NCBI GenBank assembly: GCA_002402575.1
Contig: DHGD01000149.1
Span: forward strand, 1 to 52,423
DNA from: Syntrophomonas sp. UBA4807
GTDB taxonomy: Bacteria; Bacillota; Syntrophomonadia; Syntrophomonadales; Syntrophomonadaceae
Direction: 5' to 3'
Length of the DNA stretch: 52,423 nucleotides
Part shown: one piece after another, positions 30,993-39,274 of the stretch
Layout: the number at the start of each line of letters is the position of its first letter
How positions within the stretch are numbered: the stretch's first letter is position 1
Position numbers and translations under genes: made by a program
Notes under the pieces: model-generated
What the model was told of the DNA's origin: nothing
The model's database searches: none
What the model saw: only the letters and a program-made list of their open reading frames with translations

Positions 30993-32144
30993 TTAATGAG
31001 TTCCGCCTGTGTTCTGCGTTTTTTCCACGGGACGCAGCGGTGCCGGTGCTTTCTTTTCGGCACCCAATGCCTGTTCACCCGTTTGGGCCTTGTCCTGCGA
31101 CTGAACCTCCTGAAGTTCAGCGATAAGCTGCTCAACCAGCTTGGTCACTTCCGGATCATCGTTTCTATTGGCGGCAGCATCTATGTCAGCAAGTCCTTTT
31201 TCATATTGATTGTCCATTAAAAAACACAGTCCCCGGGTATAATAGCTGGCTTGCAGCATATGCTCTTTTTCTATCGACACGGTCAGATCCTCAATTGCAC
31301 CGGGATAATTACCAAGTGACATTCGGCTTACCCCCCGATAATAATAAATGCCGTCGAAATTGTCGTCCTTTGCCATGGCCTTGGTGAGTGATGCCTCGGC
31401 TGCGGCAAAGTCAGAATTCTTAACGGCATTCAATCCGAACAGGTATTCAGTTTTAGCGTCGGGGCTGGTTTCCAGTATCTCTGCATACTGTTGGGCAGCG
31501 GCTTTATAATCCCCCTGGGTGAACTGAGCCTGGGCCAACAAGGCTCGTATGGCGGTGTCCTCAGGTCTGAGCTTGAGATAGGCATTGAGGCACTGGGATA
31601 AAGCTCCCATGTTTTCCCGCTGGGCATAAATCTGTGCTTTGACCAGGTAAATATCTGCTGCTCCAGGCGCCTCAGCCAGAGCCGCATCCAGACTCTTCAG
31701 TGCGGCATCATACTGCCCCAGCATAACCTGCAGACAGCCCCGCTTCATTAAGAGATCCACATAAAGTTCATGGCCTTCATTATTATATAGGGAGAGACAT
31801 TTCTCAATATTTCCAAGGGCATCAGCATATTCGGCTCGGGCAATCTGAGTACTGGCCAGGGTATAATAATCCCCCAGGGTGTGCTCACTGCCCAGAGTTT
31901 CCAGGTAGTCCATCACTCTTTGGGGAGAATTTTTATTGACATATTCAGTGTTGTCAGCCAGATAATTGACCGCCGCTTCAGATCTATCATCACTGCGGCT
32001 GATAGCTATCAGTGTGGCCGATTGCAGAACCATGGTAACAAACACTGTCACCACCAAAATGCCTGCAATTATGCGATAATGCCTGATGAAATAAAATTTC
32101 TTTACAGATTCCTTTATTGACATGCGTTTTTCTTTCTTGCGCAA
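30993..32144 (-). CDS. membrane-anchored tetratricopeptide-repeat (TPR) protein
   Basis: 383-aa ORF with one N-terminal TM helix (IIAGILVVTVFVTMVLQSATLIAI), then repeated 34-aa A/L/Y-rich TPR-like units (YADALGNIEKCL, YDAALKSLDAAL, YKAAAQQYAEIL, FAAAEASLTKAM, YPGAIEDLTVSI, YEKGLADIDAA). Same strand as the giant ORF and 62 nt upstream of it. The start may be TTG 32144 or ATG 32123. Confidence 0.8.
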   Translation of the reverse strand: MRKKEKRMSIKESVKKFYFIRHYRIIAGILVVTVFVTMVLQSATLIAISRSDDRSEAAVNYLADNTEYVNKNSPQRVMDYLETLGSEHTLGDYYTLASTQIARAEYADALGNIEKCLSLYNNEGHELYVDLLMKRGCLQVMLGQYDAALKSLDAALAEAPGAADIYLVKAQIYAQRENMGALSQCLNAYLKLRPEDTAIRALLAQAQFTQGDYKAAAQQYAEILETSPDAKTEYLFGLNAVKNSDFAAAEASLTKAMAKDDNFDGIYYYRGVSRMSLGNYPGAIEDLTVSIEKEHMLQASYYTRGLCFLMDNQYEKGLADIDAAANRNDDPEVTKLVEQLIAELQEVQSQDKAQTGEQALGAEKKAPAPLRPVEKTQNTGGTH

Positions 32145-32183
32145 CGCATATATAGACAGAATATTCTGGAATTAAGATATATA

Positions 32184-32211
32184 ATTATAACATTATTCGC
32201 TGATATGTAAA
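32184..32211 (-). promoter_or_regulatory. strong sigma-A-type promoter for the TPR + giant-ORF unit
   Basis: Minus strand: TTTACA (32211-32206), 16-nt spacer ending in TGT, and a perfect TATAAT (32189-32184). It lies directly downstream of the GGCT-gene terminator. Confidence 0.5.
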
Positions 32212-32224
32212 ACTATCCAAAGGA

Positions 32225-32260
32225 GGAAAACATAACAAATCCCGCGTGATGGGCGGGATT
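32225..32260 (-). terminator. intrinsic terminator of the GGCT-like gene
   Basis: Minus strand AATCCCGC-ccatcac-GCGGGATT (8-bp stem) followed by TGTTATGTTTTCC. Confidence 0.6.
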
Positions 32261-32313
32261 AACGCTTTCTATCAGATGGTCTTCGCTGAGCTACCCAGGC
32301 TGCCCCGTGTAAT

Positions 32314-32673
32314 TTATAATTTAGCTATTATACCTCCCCAAACGTAGGCATAGGCTTCAATTACCTCGCCTGTTTCCAGTTCCACTTCAACTGTCTGACG
32401 GTTTATGGTGTTGCCGTTGTTAACGAAGAAATCCATTTTTTTAAGGGCAGTCTCATCCACCTCATATACTTCTCCCTGAACCGATCCGTCGGCTTCCACG
32501 GCCATACTATCCAGAGCTCCGAATATGTATCTCTTATAACCTCCGGCCACCGCTTTCGCCAGCGGCGTTTTCCCGCCCAGAAAATATTGATTATAACGGC
32601 CCCCGGTCATCATACTGCCATATACAAAGATCTTAATTACGCAACCTCCTCTCCTGTCTTGACGCCAAGTCAA
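32314..32673 (-). CDS. gamma-glutamylcyclotransferase (AIG2/GGACT)-like protein
   Basis: The ORF contains KIFVYGSMMTGGRYNQYF (the YGS/TL..G family motif) and GEVYEVDETALKKMDFF (the region with the conserved Glu). The start is uncertain. The GGAGAGGAGG RBS sits inside the tracked ORF, so the real start is probably near 32637. Confidence 0.65.
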   Translation of the reverse strand: MTWRQDRRGGCVIKIFVYGSMMTGGRYNQYFLGGKTPLAKAVAGGYKRYIFGALDSMAVEADGSVQGEVYEVDETALKKMDFFVNNGNTINRQTVEVELETGEVIEAYAYVWGGIIAKL

Positions 32674-32915
32674 CTTGAGAATTACATTAAGCGGAGTTAA
32701 CTCATCTGAAAACTATTTTCAATAACATACTCATTCATTCCTGCCTAATAAAACGTTGTAAAGAAAGTTTCCCGTTTAATTGACTTGCCAAGTTGTTTCT
32801 ATAAATACAACTTTCCGCTATGCAGCACAGCTACAAATCATTAAGGAATACCGGTAAATAAAAAATCGCTCAACGAGAATACAGCAGTGGTTATCGTTTA
32901 TCATATTTACGATAT

Positions 32916-35900
32916 TCAGATGCTCTTATCCAAGCTTATCTTGAAACTTTGATAACTGTTCACCCATTCGAAACGAATGCTATCGCTTGTGGTCGCAGCC
33001 ACCGCCTTGAAGTGGAGCACGCCACATTTTATTTTCAATTTTTCTGCGTTGGTTAGGTCTTTCCATTCCTTCCTGAAATTGGTTTCAACAATAACGAAAA
33101 GCCTGTTACTGCTGGCATTATTGTTTTTATACACAATTGCCCAGTCCGGAGAATAACTCCCATATGGCGTATCAATCACAAAGCCGTTCCTTTTGATTTT
33201 CGTAAACAACAGCACGTCTGGATCGCCATCAAGACGCATTGCAAAATCATACTCGTTATCGGAATCCACCCGATAGAACTTATTAAGTGCACGGCGTTCA
33301 GATTCTTTGGTCTGATAGACCTTTTTCTCCTCTCTAAGCAAATGCTCGTCAATACTGTCGGGTGCAAAGAGCATCTTATCATCAAATTCGTAGCCGTTCA
33401 CAACCTCATAACAGCTTACTGCCTCAGCTTTGGCATCACTTAACTTCTGCCTGATAAACTTGACCACTAAATCAAGAATATCCTGATGGGAAAGCAGAAT
33501 TTTTTTCTTTATCCCCGCCAATATCCTTAAAATTGCCAAACGCGGCAGGTTGGTGCGGCACATTACGATGCTGGCAAGCTCTAAGTCATTTTTTTGAACG
33601 ATGTTATTCTTGGCATTGCTATCCAGAGTTTTCGTTGATGCGTCGCCCGCATCGATTTGCCCTTTTTCTTTAGCCAGCAGATCGGCAGTGGTGATCTCAT
33701 AAACGGCATTGACCTTGCGGGTGGCGAGTATGTCATTGATCTCCGTTACGCACTCGCTTATGAACCTGTCACTGTCAAAATTGAGGCGGTAAATCGTCCG
33801 TTTAGATAGATTCTTCGCAAGGCATCGGAAAGTCTTGAAAAATTTGTCCTCCGTTACAAAGGGATGTAAACCATTCTCCGCCGAATCATTGTCGCCATTT
33901 CTAATGTCGATTTTACTTATGCCTTTCTCGGCCATTAAGGTTATAAAACATTCCATAATTTTCAGGGCGTGTTCTTTCAGCGTTTGGTCTGAAAAAACCA
34001 CAGAATCAACTATTTTGTCTGCGTTTCGGGTCAGCATGTTCTTAATGTCTATTACTCTGGCAAGGTATAGTTCTTCACGAAGCTTATCCACAAGCTCAGG
34101 TGTTATCATATTAACGGGTATGCCAGCGCTTTTAAGCACAGCCAATAACAGCTCCGGCGTAGCCTCGTCTTTCTTGAAGTTCATTGAGTCATTGAAGTCC
34201 TTTTGCAGGCTGTCAGCAAAGTGAGCAAAATTATCGTTCGCAATGACAGTTAACTGGTTTATGCTTGAGTCAATACAACGGACCCCGTTTATATCGACAG
34301 CCAGGCGCAGACCTCTCCCGATTTCCTGTTTTTTAGCTATTTCACTTCCCCCATTTTTCAGGTTACAGATGATAAATACATTTGGGTTATCCCAACCCTC
34401 TCGAAGCGCTGAGTGAGAAAAAATGAAAGCGAGGGGTTCATCAAAGGAAATCAGTTCGTCTTTTCTGCGCAGTATGAGTTCAATTCCACGGTCGATATCC
34501 TCCTGCGATTTTGTTTTAACCTTAGCCTCCTCATCAGCGACGCTGCTGTCCCAATCCTCAATCTCTACGGCATTTTTGTTTTTGTCAACGGCAAAATAGC
34601 TCTCACGCACCTGGGCTGACTGCTCCGGCATAGTTAGAAATGGCATCTGTTGATTGTGCGTTTGGAACATCCGTTTGTATTCCTGACTGGAAATATACTG
34701 CTCGTATTCCTCATCGAATATGCGCAGGTACTCACCGCGCCCATCTTCTGCGTTATTATCTCGCACCTTAGAAACACTGTCTACAAAGAACAGTGTCAGC
34801 GCTTTGATTTTGTATCCTTTGTTTAAAATCATGGCCTGCTTTTTATAGTGGTTTTCAATAGCAAGCCGTATTTGAATGCGAATTGCCTCATTATCGGTTA
34901 TCTGGTATGTACCGCGGCCAATATATATTTCTTTTGCCGAGCCTCCCGCATCTATTTGCAGCGGCTTGCCCTTATACGGATCAACCGCTACGCGCCAGTC
35001 GGCATACTGTGGTAAACCGCTGGAAAGATCGTATAATGAAGCGCCGCCACGCACATCAAAAATTTCAAACTTGATGCCGTTACCTTGTTTCTGGCTGAAA
35101 ATTTCTATCCGCGCTTTTAAATCCCGGGTAAATTCGAGATAGCGAATATACGCAAAGTCTTTCGGGATGACGCCATTGACCGTCTTTATCTCAATATGTT
35201 TGACAAGTCCCCGCTTATACGCATCATACGAATTTAACCTGTACACCTGATTATAAAGATTTTTATGGGTTGCCGAGTAACGTAAGATAAACAATGGATT
35301 AAGTCCTTCGATTGCCTGCAAGGACTTAGACCTGTTTTTCTTGCCGCCCTCGATTTTTTGCGGCTCGTCAATGATGATAATGGGACGGAGGTATTTAATA
35401 TCTTCCCACAAAGTATGCCCGTGTTCGTCCTCAATGCGGATTTTATTTGTATCCTTATTAAATGCCTGTATATTTAAAATACAAACAGCAAGATCGTTTG
35501 CCTCTATGAAATTGCTTCTAATCTTCGTCAGATTATTGCTCTCGTAGATAAAGCTGTGTTTGGCTGGATCAATCCCATATATCTTCTTGAAGTGATCAAT
35601 CAGCATATCAATAGACTTTTCAACCCCCATACGTATAGCGATACTCGGCACGACTATCATAAACTTCCGGAAGCCATATTCCTTGTACAATTCCAGTATC
35701 GTGCGCAGGTAAACATAGGTCTTGCCGGTCCCTGTTTCCATCTCGACAGTGAAGTTGTTGCCAGGAAAAACAATTTTATCAGGATATAAGCTATTCTCAA
35801 GCTGGACTTTTCTAAGATTGTCTAATAGCCTTGTGTCTCCGGAAATCTCCGCATTGCGAACAGGATCGCCATAGGCAATATGTTCTATTCTGGTTATCGG

Positions 35901-36017
35901 TTGGTACATACCGCTTACCTTTTGCGGTAAACCTTCGAAAAGCCTGATAACTGAATTTACCGCGTCTAGCTGGTATTGCAGTTTATCGTCAAACTGGAAA
36001 GCTATTTTCTGCGCCAT
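32916..36017 (-). CDS. res: Type III restriction enzyme, Res subunit (SF2 helicase + C-terminal nuclease)
   Basis: 1033 aa. Helicase motifs: METGTGKTYVY (I), IIIDEPQK (II), LRYSATHK (III), QEIGRGLRL (VI). The C-terminal region SPDWAIV...FVIVETNFRKEWK matches the position of the PD-(D/E)xK nuclease. AAGGAGG RBS overlaps the mod stop, and the gap to mod is 13 nt. Confidence 0.9.
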   Translation of the reverse strand: MAQKIAFQFDDKLQYQLDAVNSVIRLFEGLPQKVSGMYQPITRIEHIAYGDPVRNAEISGDTRLLDNLRKVQLENSLYPDKIVFPGNNFTVEMETGTGKTYVYLRTILELYKEYGFRKFMIVVPSIAIRMGVEKSIDMLIDHFKKIYGIDPAKHSFIYESNNLTKIRSNFIEANDLAVCILNIQAFNKDTNKIRIEDEHGHTLWEDIKYLRPIIIIDEPQKIEGGKKNRSKSLQAIEGLNPLFILRYSATHKNLYNQVYRLNSYDAYKRGLVKHIEIKTVNGVIPKDFAYIRYLEFTRDLKARIEIFSQKQGNGIKFEIFDVRGGASLYDLSSGLPQYADWRVAVDPYKGKPLQIDAGGSAKEIYIGRGTYQITDNEAIRIQIRLAIENHYKKQAMILNKGYKIKALTLFFVDSVSKVRDNNAEDGRGEYLRIFDEEYEQYISSQEYKRMFQTHNQQMPFLTMPEQSAQVRESYFAVDKNKNAVEIEDWDSSVADEEAKVKTKSQEDIDRGIELILRRKDELISFDEPLAFIFSHSALREGWDNPNVFIICNLKNGGSEIAKKQEIGRGLRLAVDINGVRCIDSSINQLTVIANDNFAHFADSLQKDFNDSMNFKKDEATPELLLAVLKSAGIPVNMITPELVDKLREELYLARVIDIKNMLTRNADKIVDSVVFSDQTLKEHALKIMECFITLMAEKGISKIDIRNGDNDSAENGLHPFVTEDKFFKTFRCLAKNLSKRTIYRLNFDSDRFISECVTEINDILATRKVNAVYEITTADLLAKEKGQIDAGDASTKTLDSNAKNNIVQKNDLELASIVMCRTNLPRLAILRILAGIKKKILLSHQDILDLVVKFIRQKLSDAKAEAVSCYEVVNGYEFDDKMLFAPDSIDEHLLREEKKVYQTKESERRALNKFYRVDSDNEYDFAMRLDGDPDVLLFTKIKRNGFVIDTPYGSYSPDWAIVYKNNNASSNRLFVIVETNFRKEWKDLTNAEKLKIKCGVLHFKAVAATTSDSIRFEWVNSYQSFKISLDKSI

Positions 36018-36030
36018 TTAACTAGCCTCC

Positions 36031-38118
36031 TTAGAGGAACTCCACCGTATAAGCTTTCTTATTTCCTCCGCTGTTTCGGGCTATGTAAGCTTCAAGGCGA
36101 CGTATCGTTTCGTCCTTAAACGCGATGTCATCATCAAACCCACTGTCACGTAACACATATTTAATAGGGGTAGGTTTTATGGCAGCCAGCGCCGCTACGA
36201 TATGAGAGGTTATTTTATTGTCAAGGCAAACAACGTATGCGTCCGCAAACCTGTAAGTGCGCTCTCCAATGCCGATCTTCTCCACTTTTGCCGATAGCGG
36301 TATGCCGCGTTGACGTAGCAAGATTTCATAAACTACATCGATATCCGTGAAGCCTGGCATAAAGTCTAGTTTGTCTTTGTCAGTCAACGGTGAATAATAG
36401 GGTGAGATCTCTCCCTGCTTAAGCGCTTGGCGCGTCCAGCGGATGTTAGTATCAGCAGTACGAAAAACTTTGAAACCGGTATCCGGTATTTGTATAGGCT
36501 CTTCACCATATTTTAGCTGAGCGTTTTTAGCTTCAATTTCTGCTCTTATCTTCTCGCCTGCGCGTCGAATACGTTCCTTGCCGATTTCTGATACATTATG
36601 AGGTTTGCCAATACTATCCAGAAAGTCTATCGCTTTTTTTATGAAAGTTTTTTCATCGCGCGGCGCCTTTTCATAGTTTATATCCAAATCCTCCCTAATC
36701 TGCACCATAATGAACTTTCTGTACAAATTACAGCTGTTTTCAGCGTTTAACTGCATAACTGCCTGGGCGGTAGTCGCAGACCCGGAGAAAAAATCGAGAA
36801 CGATATCATCTGCGCTTGTAAAAGACAACAAATGTTCTTTTACAATGCTGACTGCTTTGGGCGTATCGAACGGTATCCCCATTTCAGCCAGCATATCCGT
36901 ATCACTGCCACCGTAGTAGAGCAGGGATGGAATGTTCTCGTATATATTATCTTTCAGCAAATACTTGCGATTTGGTTGAGTGTTTTCATCTTTTCCAAAA
37001 ATAATTAAACCTCTATCCATCAATTCCTTCATAGTGGCAGACGAGTTTCGCCAACCCTTTGCGGGTACAGGGCATGGCTTCCCAGTTATGGGATGAATCA
37101 ACGGTATGAAATATTCGTCAGGAGCTTTTTTGTTGTTTGGCCAAGCCATTGAAACGGGACGATAAACATCTCCGTTGGCATCTATATATTTATAAGCTGC
37201 TTCACCGCCGCTTAGTTCTTTTTGCGCCGAAACCCAAACTTGGAACTCTTGATTTGCGTCGCCGAGCGTGAATGTCAATCCTATTTTCCTGAAAATCTGC
37301 TCTGCTTTTTTTAACATTGCATGGGCATTCTTCTTCGGTCGCAGCATCTTGCAGCTGGCTAAGAAAGATTCTTTATTTTTGGCAAACATAACTATGTACT
37401 CGTGCTGATATGAAATACCCCTTGCGTCGCCTTTGGGGTTGCGCTTGTCCCATATAATCGTACCCAATTCATTGCCATCGCCAAATATCTCAGTACATAC
37501 CTTTTGAAGGTTGGCAATTTCATGTTCGTCCATATTAACGATAATAACGCCATCGTCTCGAAGCAGATCCCTGGCCACATGAAGGCGCGGGTAAATCATA
37601 TTCAGCCAGTTGGCATGGTAGCGGTTACTTGACCTCTGGTTGATTACCATTCTTTCGCCATCCACGGTTTCACCCTCAGCTTCGTCGCTTTCGGTACGGC
37701 TCATAGTGAAGCTGTCACGGTACAAAAAGTCATTGCCGGTATTGTAAGGAGGGTCTATATATATCACTTTTACAGCTCCATGGTAATTCTGACGCAGTAT
37801 TTTCAGCACTTCGAGGTTATCGCCTTCAATGTAGATATTCTGCGTAGTCTCGGGATCCTTGCTGTCCTGCGAGACATATTTCAGTGTCCGCCCGTAAACA
37901 TCGGATTGTGCGGCGCGTTTTGCATATCGTTTGCCCGCCCATGTCAGTTCGTATTTCTCTTCAGTTAATTCCTCAAATTGCCCCAATACTTCGCGAAGAG
38001 CGGCAAAGTCCACCTGTTTGTCTTTAACTACGGCGGGAAACAGTTCCGCCAGGCGGCACAGATTTTCCTCTGGTTCGCTAAAAATTGATTGTGAAACGTA
38101 TTTATAAGCCACTCTCAT
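36031..38118 (-). CDS. mod: Type III R-M Mod subunit, beta-class N6-adenine (or N4-cytosine) DNA methyltransferase
   Basis: 695 aa. Catalytic motif IV IYIDPPYNTGNDF lies near the N-terminus. SAM motif I DFFSGSATTAQAV lies about 330 aa later (order IV-TRD-I is typical of Type III Mod). It sits immediately upstream of res. Confidence 0.9.
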   Translation of the reverse strand: MRVAYKYVSQSIFSEPEENLCRLAELFPAVVKDKQVDFAALREVLGQFEELTEEKYELTWAGKRYAKRAAQSDVYGRTLKYVSQDSKDPETTQNIYIEGDNLEVLKILRQNYHGAVKVIYIDPPYNTGNDFLYRDSFTMSRTESDEAEGETVDGERMVINQRSSNRYHANWLNMIYPRLHVARDLLRDDGVIIVNMDEHEIANLQKVCTEIFGDGNELGTIIWDKRNPKGDARGISYQHEYIVMFAKNKESFLASCKMLRPKKNAHAMLKKAEQIFRKIGLTFTLGDANQEFQVWVSAQKELSGGEAAYKYIDANGDVYRPVSMAWPNNKKAPDEYFIPLIHPITGKPCPVPAKGWRNSSATMKELMDRGLIIFGKDENTQPNRKYLLKDNIYENIPSLLYYGGSDTDMLAEMGIPFDTPKAVSIVKEHLLSFTSADDIVLDFFSGSATTAQAVMQLNAENSCNLYRKFIMVQIREDLDINYEKAPRDEKTFIKKAIDFLDSIGKPHNVSEIGKERIRRAGEKIRAEIEAKNAQLKYGEEPIQIPDTGFKVFRTADTNIRWTRQALKQGEISPYYSPLTDKDKLDFMPGFTDIDVVYEILLRQRGIPLSAKVEKIGIGERTYRFADAYVVCLDNKITSHIVAALAAIKPTPIKYVLRDSGFDDDIAFKDETIRRLEAYIARNSGGNKKAYTVEFL

Positions 38119-38154
38119 TCTCCTTCGGCAGAAGCTTGAAACGGTAACAAAGTT

Positions 38155-38337
38155 TTATAATCCGTTCAGGATATTGTGGTTATTGGCATTACTATACCAA
38201 ATACAGCAAAAAATCCTCCAACAACCATGCTCTTTAACAAAGTCGCTTTTTCGGTGGGCTGAGCTTTTGGGATTTAGCTGGTAATTAGAAGCCACCTGAA
38301 TTAATGTATACTCCTCCTGAAGGAGTTCCAAGACCAC
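38155..38337 (-). pseudogene. IS3-family orfA (HTH) fragment
   Basis: The translation VLELLQEEYTLIQVASNYQLNPKSSAHRKSDFVKEH resembles the IS3 OrfA pattern (..V.L.LE.GY....A..LGI.PN.L.RW.KEY). It has no full-length ORF and no orfB follows. Confidence 0.4.
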
Positions 38338-38469
38338 ACTGGCTTTAAATTACGCTGTATAGCGATTTACCTTTCCGTGATTACATTTTAGCTTATTTTT
38401 AACGGCTTGGTGTCTCACCCTTGGCGAGTCTATTGCCATTGCTTCCACTCATAAGAGGAAATACCGGTG

Positions 38470-38730
38470 TTTTGCACCTAGACATCCACTGGAGCTGCGT
38501 ATGTTCATGATGCACTCCCATAATCTTCGCTGGTATTATCCTTTATGCACCCTAGTCTATCGGTTTAATCAAAACCAGGGCGTGAATTTCACGTATAATC
38601 CGTTCCGAAACAATAAACAGCCTCCTACCCTGACCAAATACGACGATTGTCAGGCAGCTGGCTGGGAAAGTCGCCGTCTACGAGAAAGAATTCGACCATC
38701 AACACAAGTCCGGCGTTACGGTGGGGGTGG
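38470..38730 (-). pseudogene. degraded Fic-family paralogue
   Basis: The minus strand translates to VSERIIREIHALVLIKPID*GA*RIIPAKIMGVHHEH. The intact Fic at 51201-52118 reads VSERIIREIHALVLIDRPEDKGVYRKIPVRIMGAHHEP. The first 15 aa are identical, followed by stops. Upstream, EFFLVDGDFPS matches DEFLVEFTYNS in another frame, with roughly 120 nt deleted in between. No HPFxDGNGR motif remains. Confidence 0.7.
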
Positions 38731-38765
38731 AAACATGATAATACAGTTAAGTTCCTTATTGTTTC

Positions 38766-38793
38766 TTGACGCGCCATATTTAATGGTTATAAT
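38766..38793 (+). promoter_or_regulatory. sigma-A-type promoter for the HTH/hydrolase operon
   Basis: TTGACG (38766-38771), 16-nt spacer, perfect TATAAT (38788-38793). An AGGAG RBS lies 8 nt before the ATG at 38825. Confidence 0.5.
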
Positions 38794-38824
38794 ACTATTA
38801 TAGGCAACATTTAGGAGCTTTAAT

Positions 38825-39268
38825 ATGAAACAAACTTACTATACCGTAGACCAAATTTCGAAAATGCTAAACATCCACCCCAAGACTATCCAGCGATACA
38901 TTCGGGAGGGCAAATTGCGCGCAGCAAAGATTGGCAAGGGCTGGCGTGTCACCGGTCATGATCTCAGTACTTTCATCGAAACTGACAGTTATGAAAAGCC
39001 AGCCTCGGAAAAGCAGTCAGAGCGCAGTATTTTTGCTTCGTCTGTTATCGATATTTTTGTAGACGGAAAAGAGGATGCTATCCGTATTATGAATACGTTA
39101 ACAGCCTCCCTTAACGTCAAACCATCTGAATACGGACAGTCTTCGATGCATTCCCAGTATATCGAACGTGAAAATATGGTTCGTATCACATTATGGGGCG
39201 GCATCCGTTTTATGGCAATAATGATGGACACAATAGCAGCATTGGCAAAAATAAATAACGAGGAGTGA
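38825..39268 (+). CDS. excisionase/MerR-type HTH DNA-binding protein with uncharacterised C-terminal domain
   Basis: The N-terminus YYTVDQISKMLNIHPKTIQRYIREGKLRAAKIGKGWRVTGHDLSTFIE matches the excisionase-family HTH pattern (..ta.yL.vs..Tiyr.i..G.lpa.kiG..wri....l). The remaining ~95 aa have no motif I recognise. Confidence 0.7.
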   Translation: MKQTYYTVDQISKMLNIHPKTIQRYIREGKLRAAKIGKGWRVTGHDLSTFIETDSYEKPASEKQSERSIFASSVIDIFVDGKEDAIRIMNTLTASLNVKPSEYGQSSMHSQYIERENMVRITLWGGIRFMAIMMDTIAALAKINNEE

Positions 39269-39274
39269 ATTAAT

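Noticed and set aside
38501-38803. 100-aa plus-strand ORF (MFMMHSHNLRWYY…)
   Set aside because: It is the antisense shadow of the Fic pseudogene. The same peptide pattern (NQN.GV.FT.NPFRN) appears antisense to the intact fic at 51600-51806.
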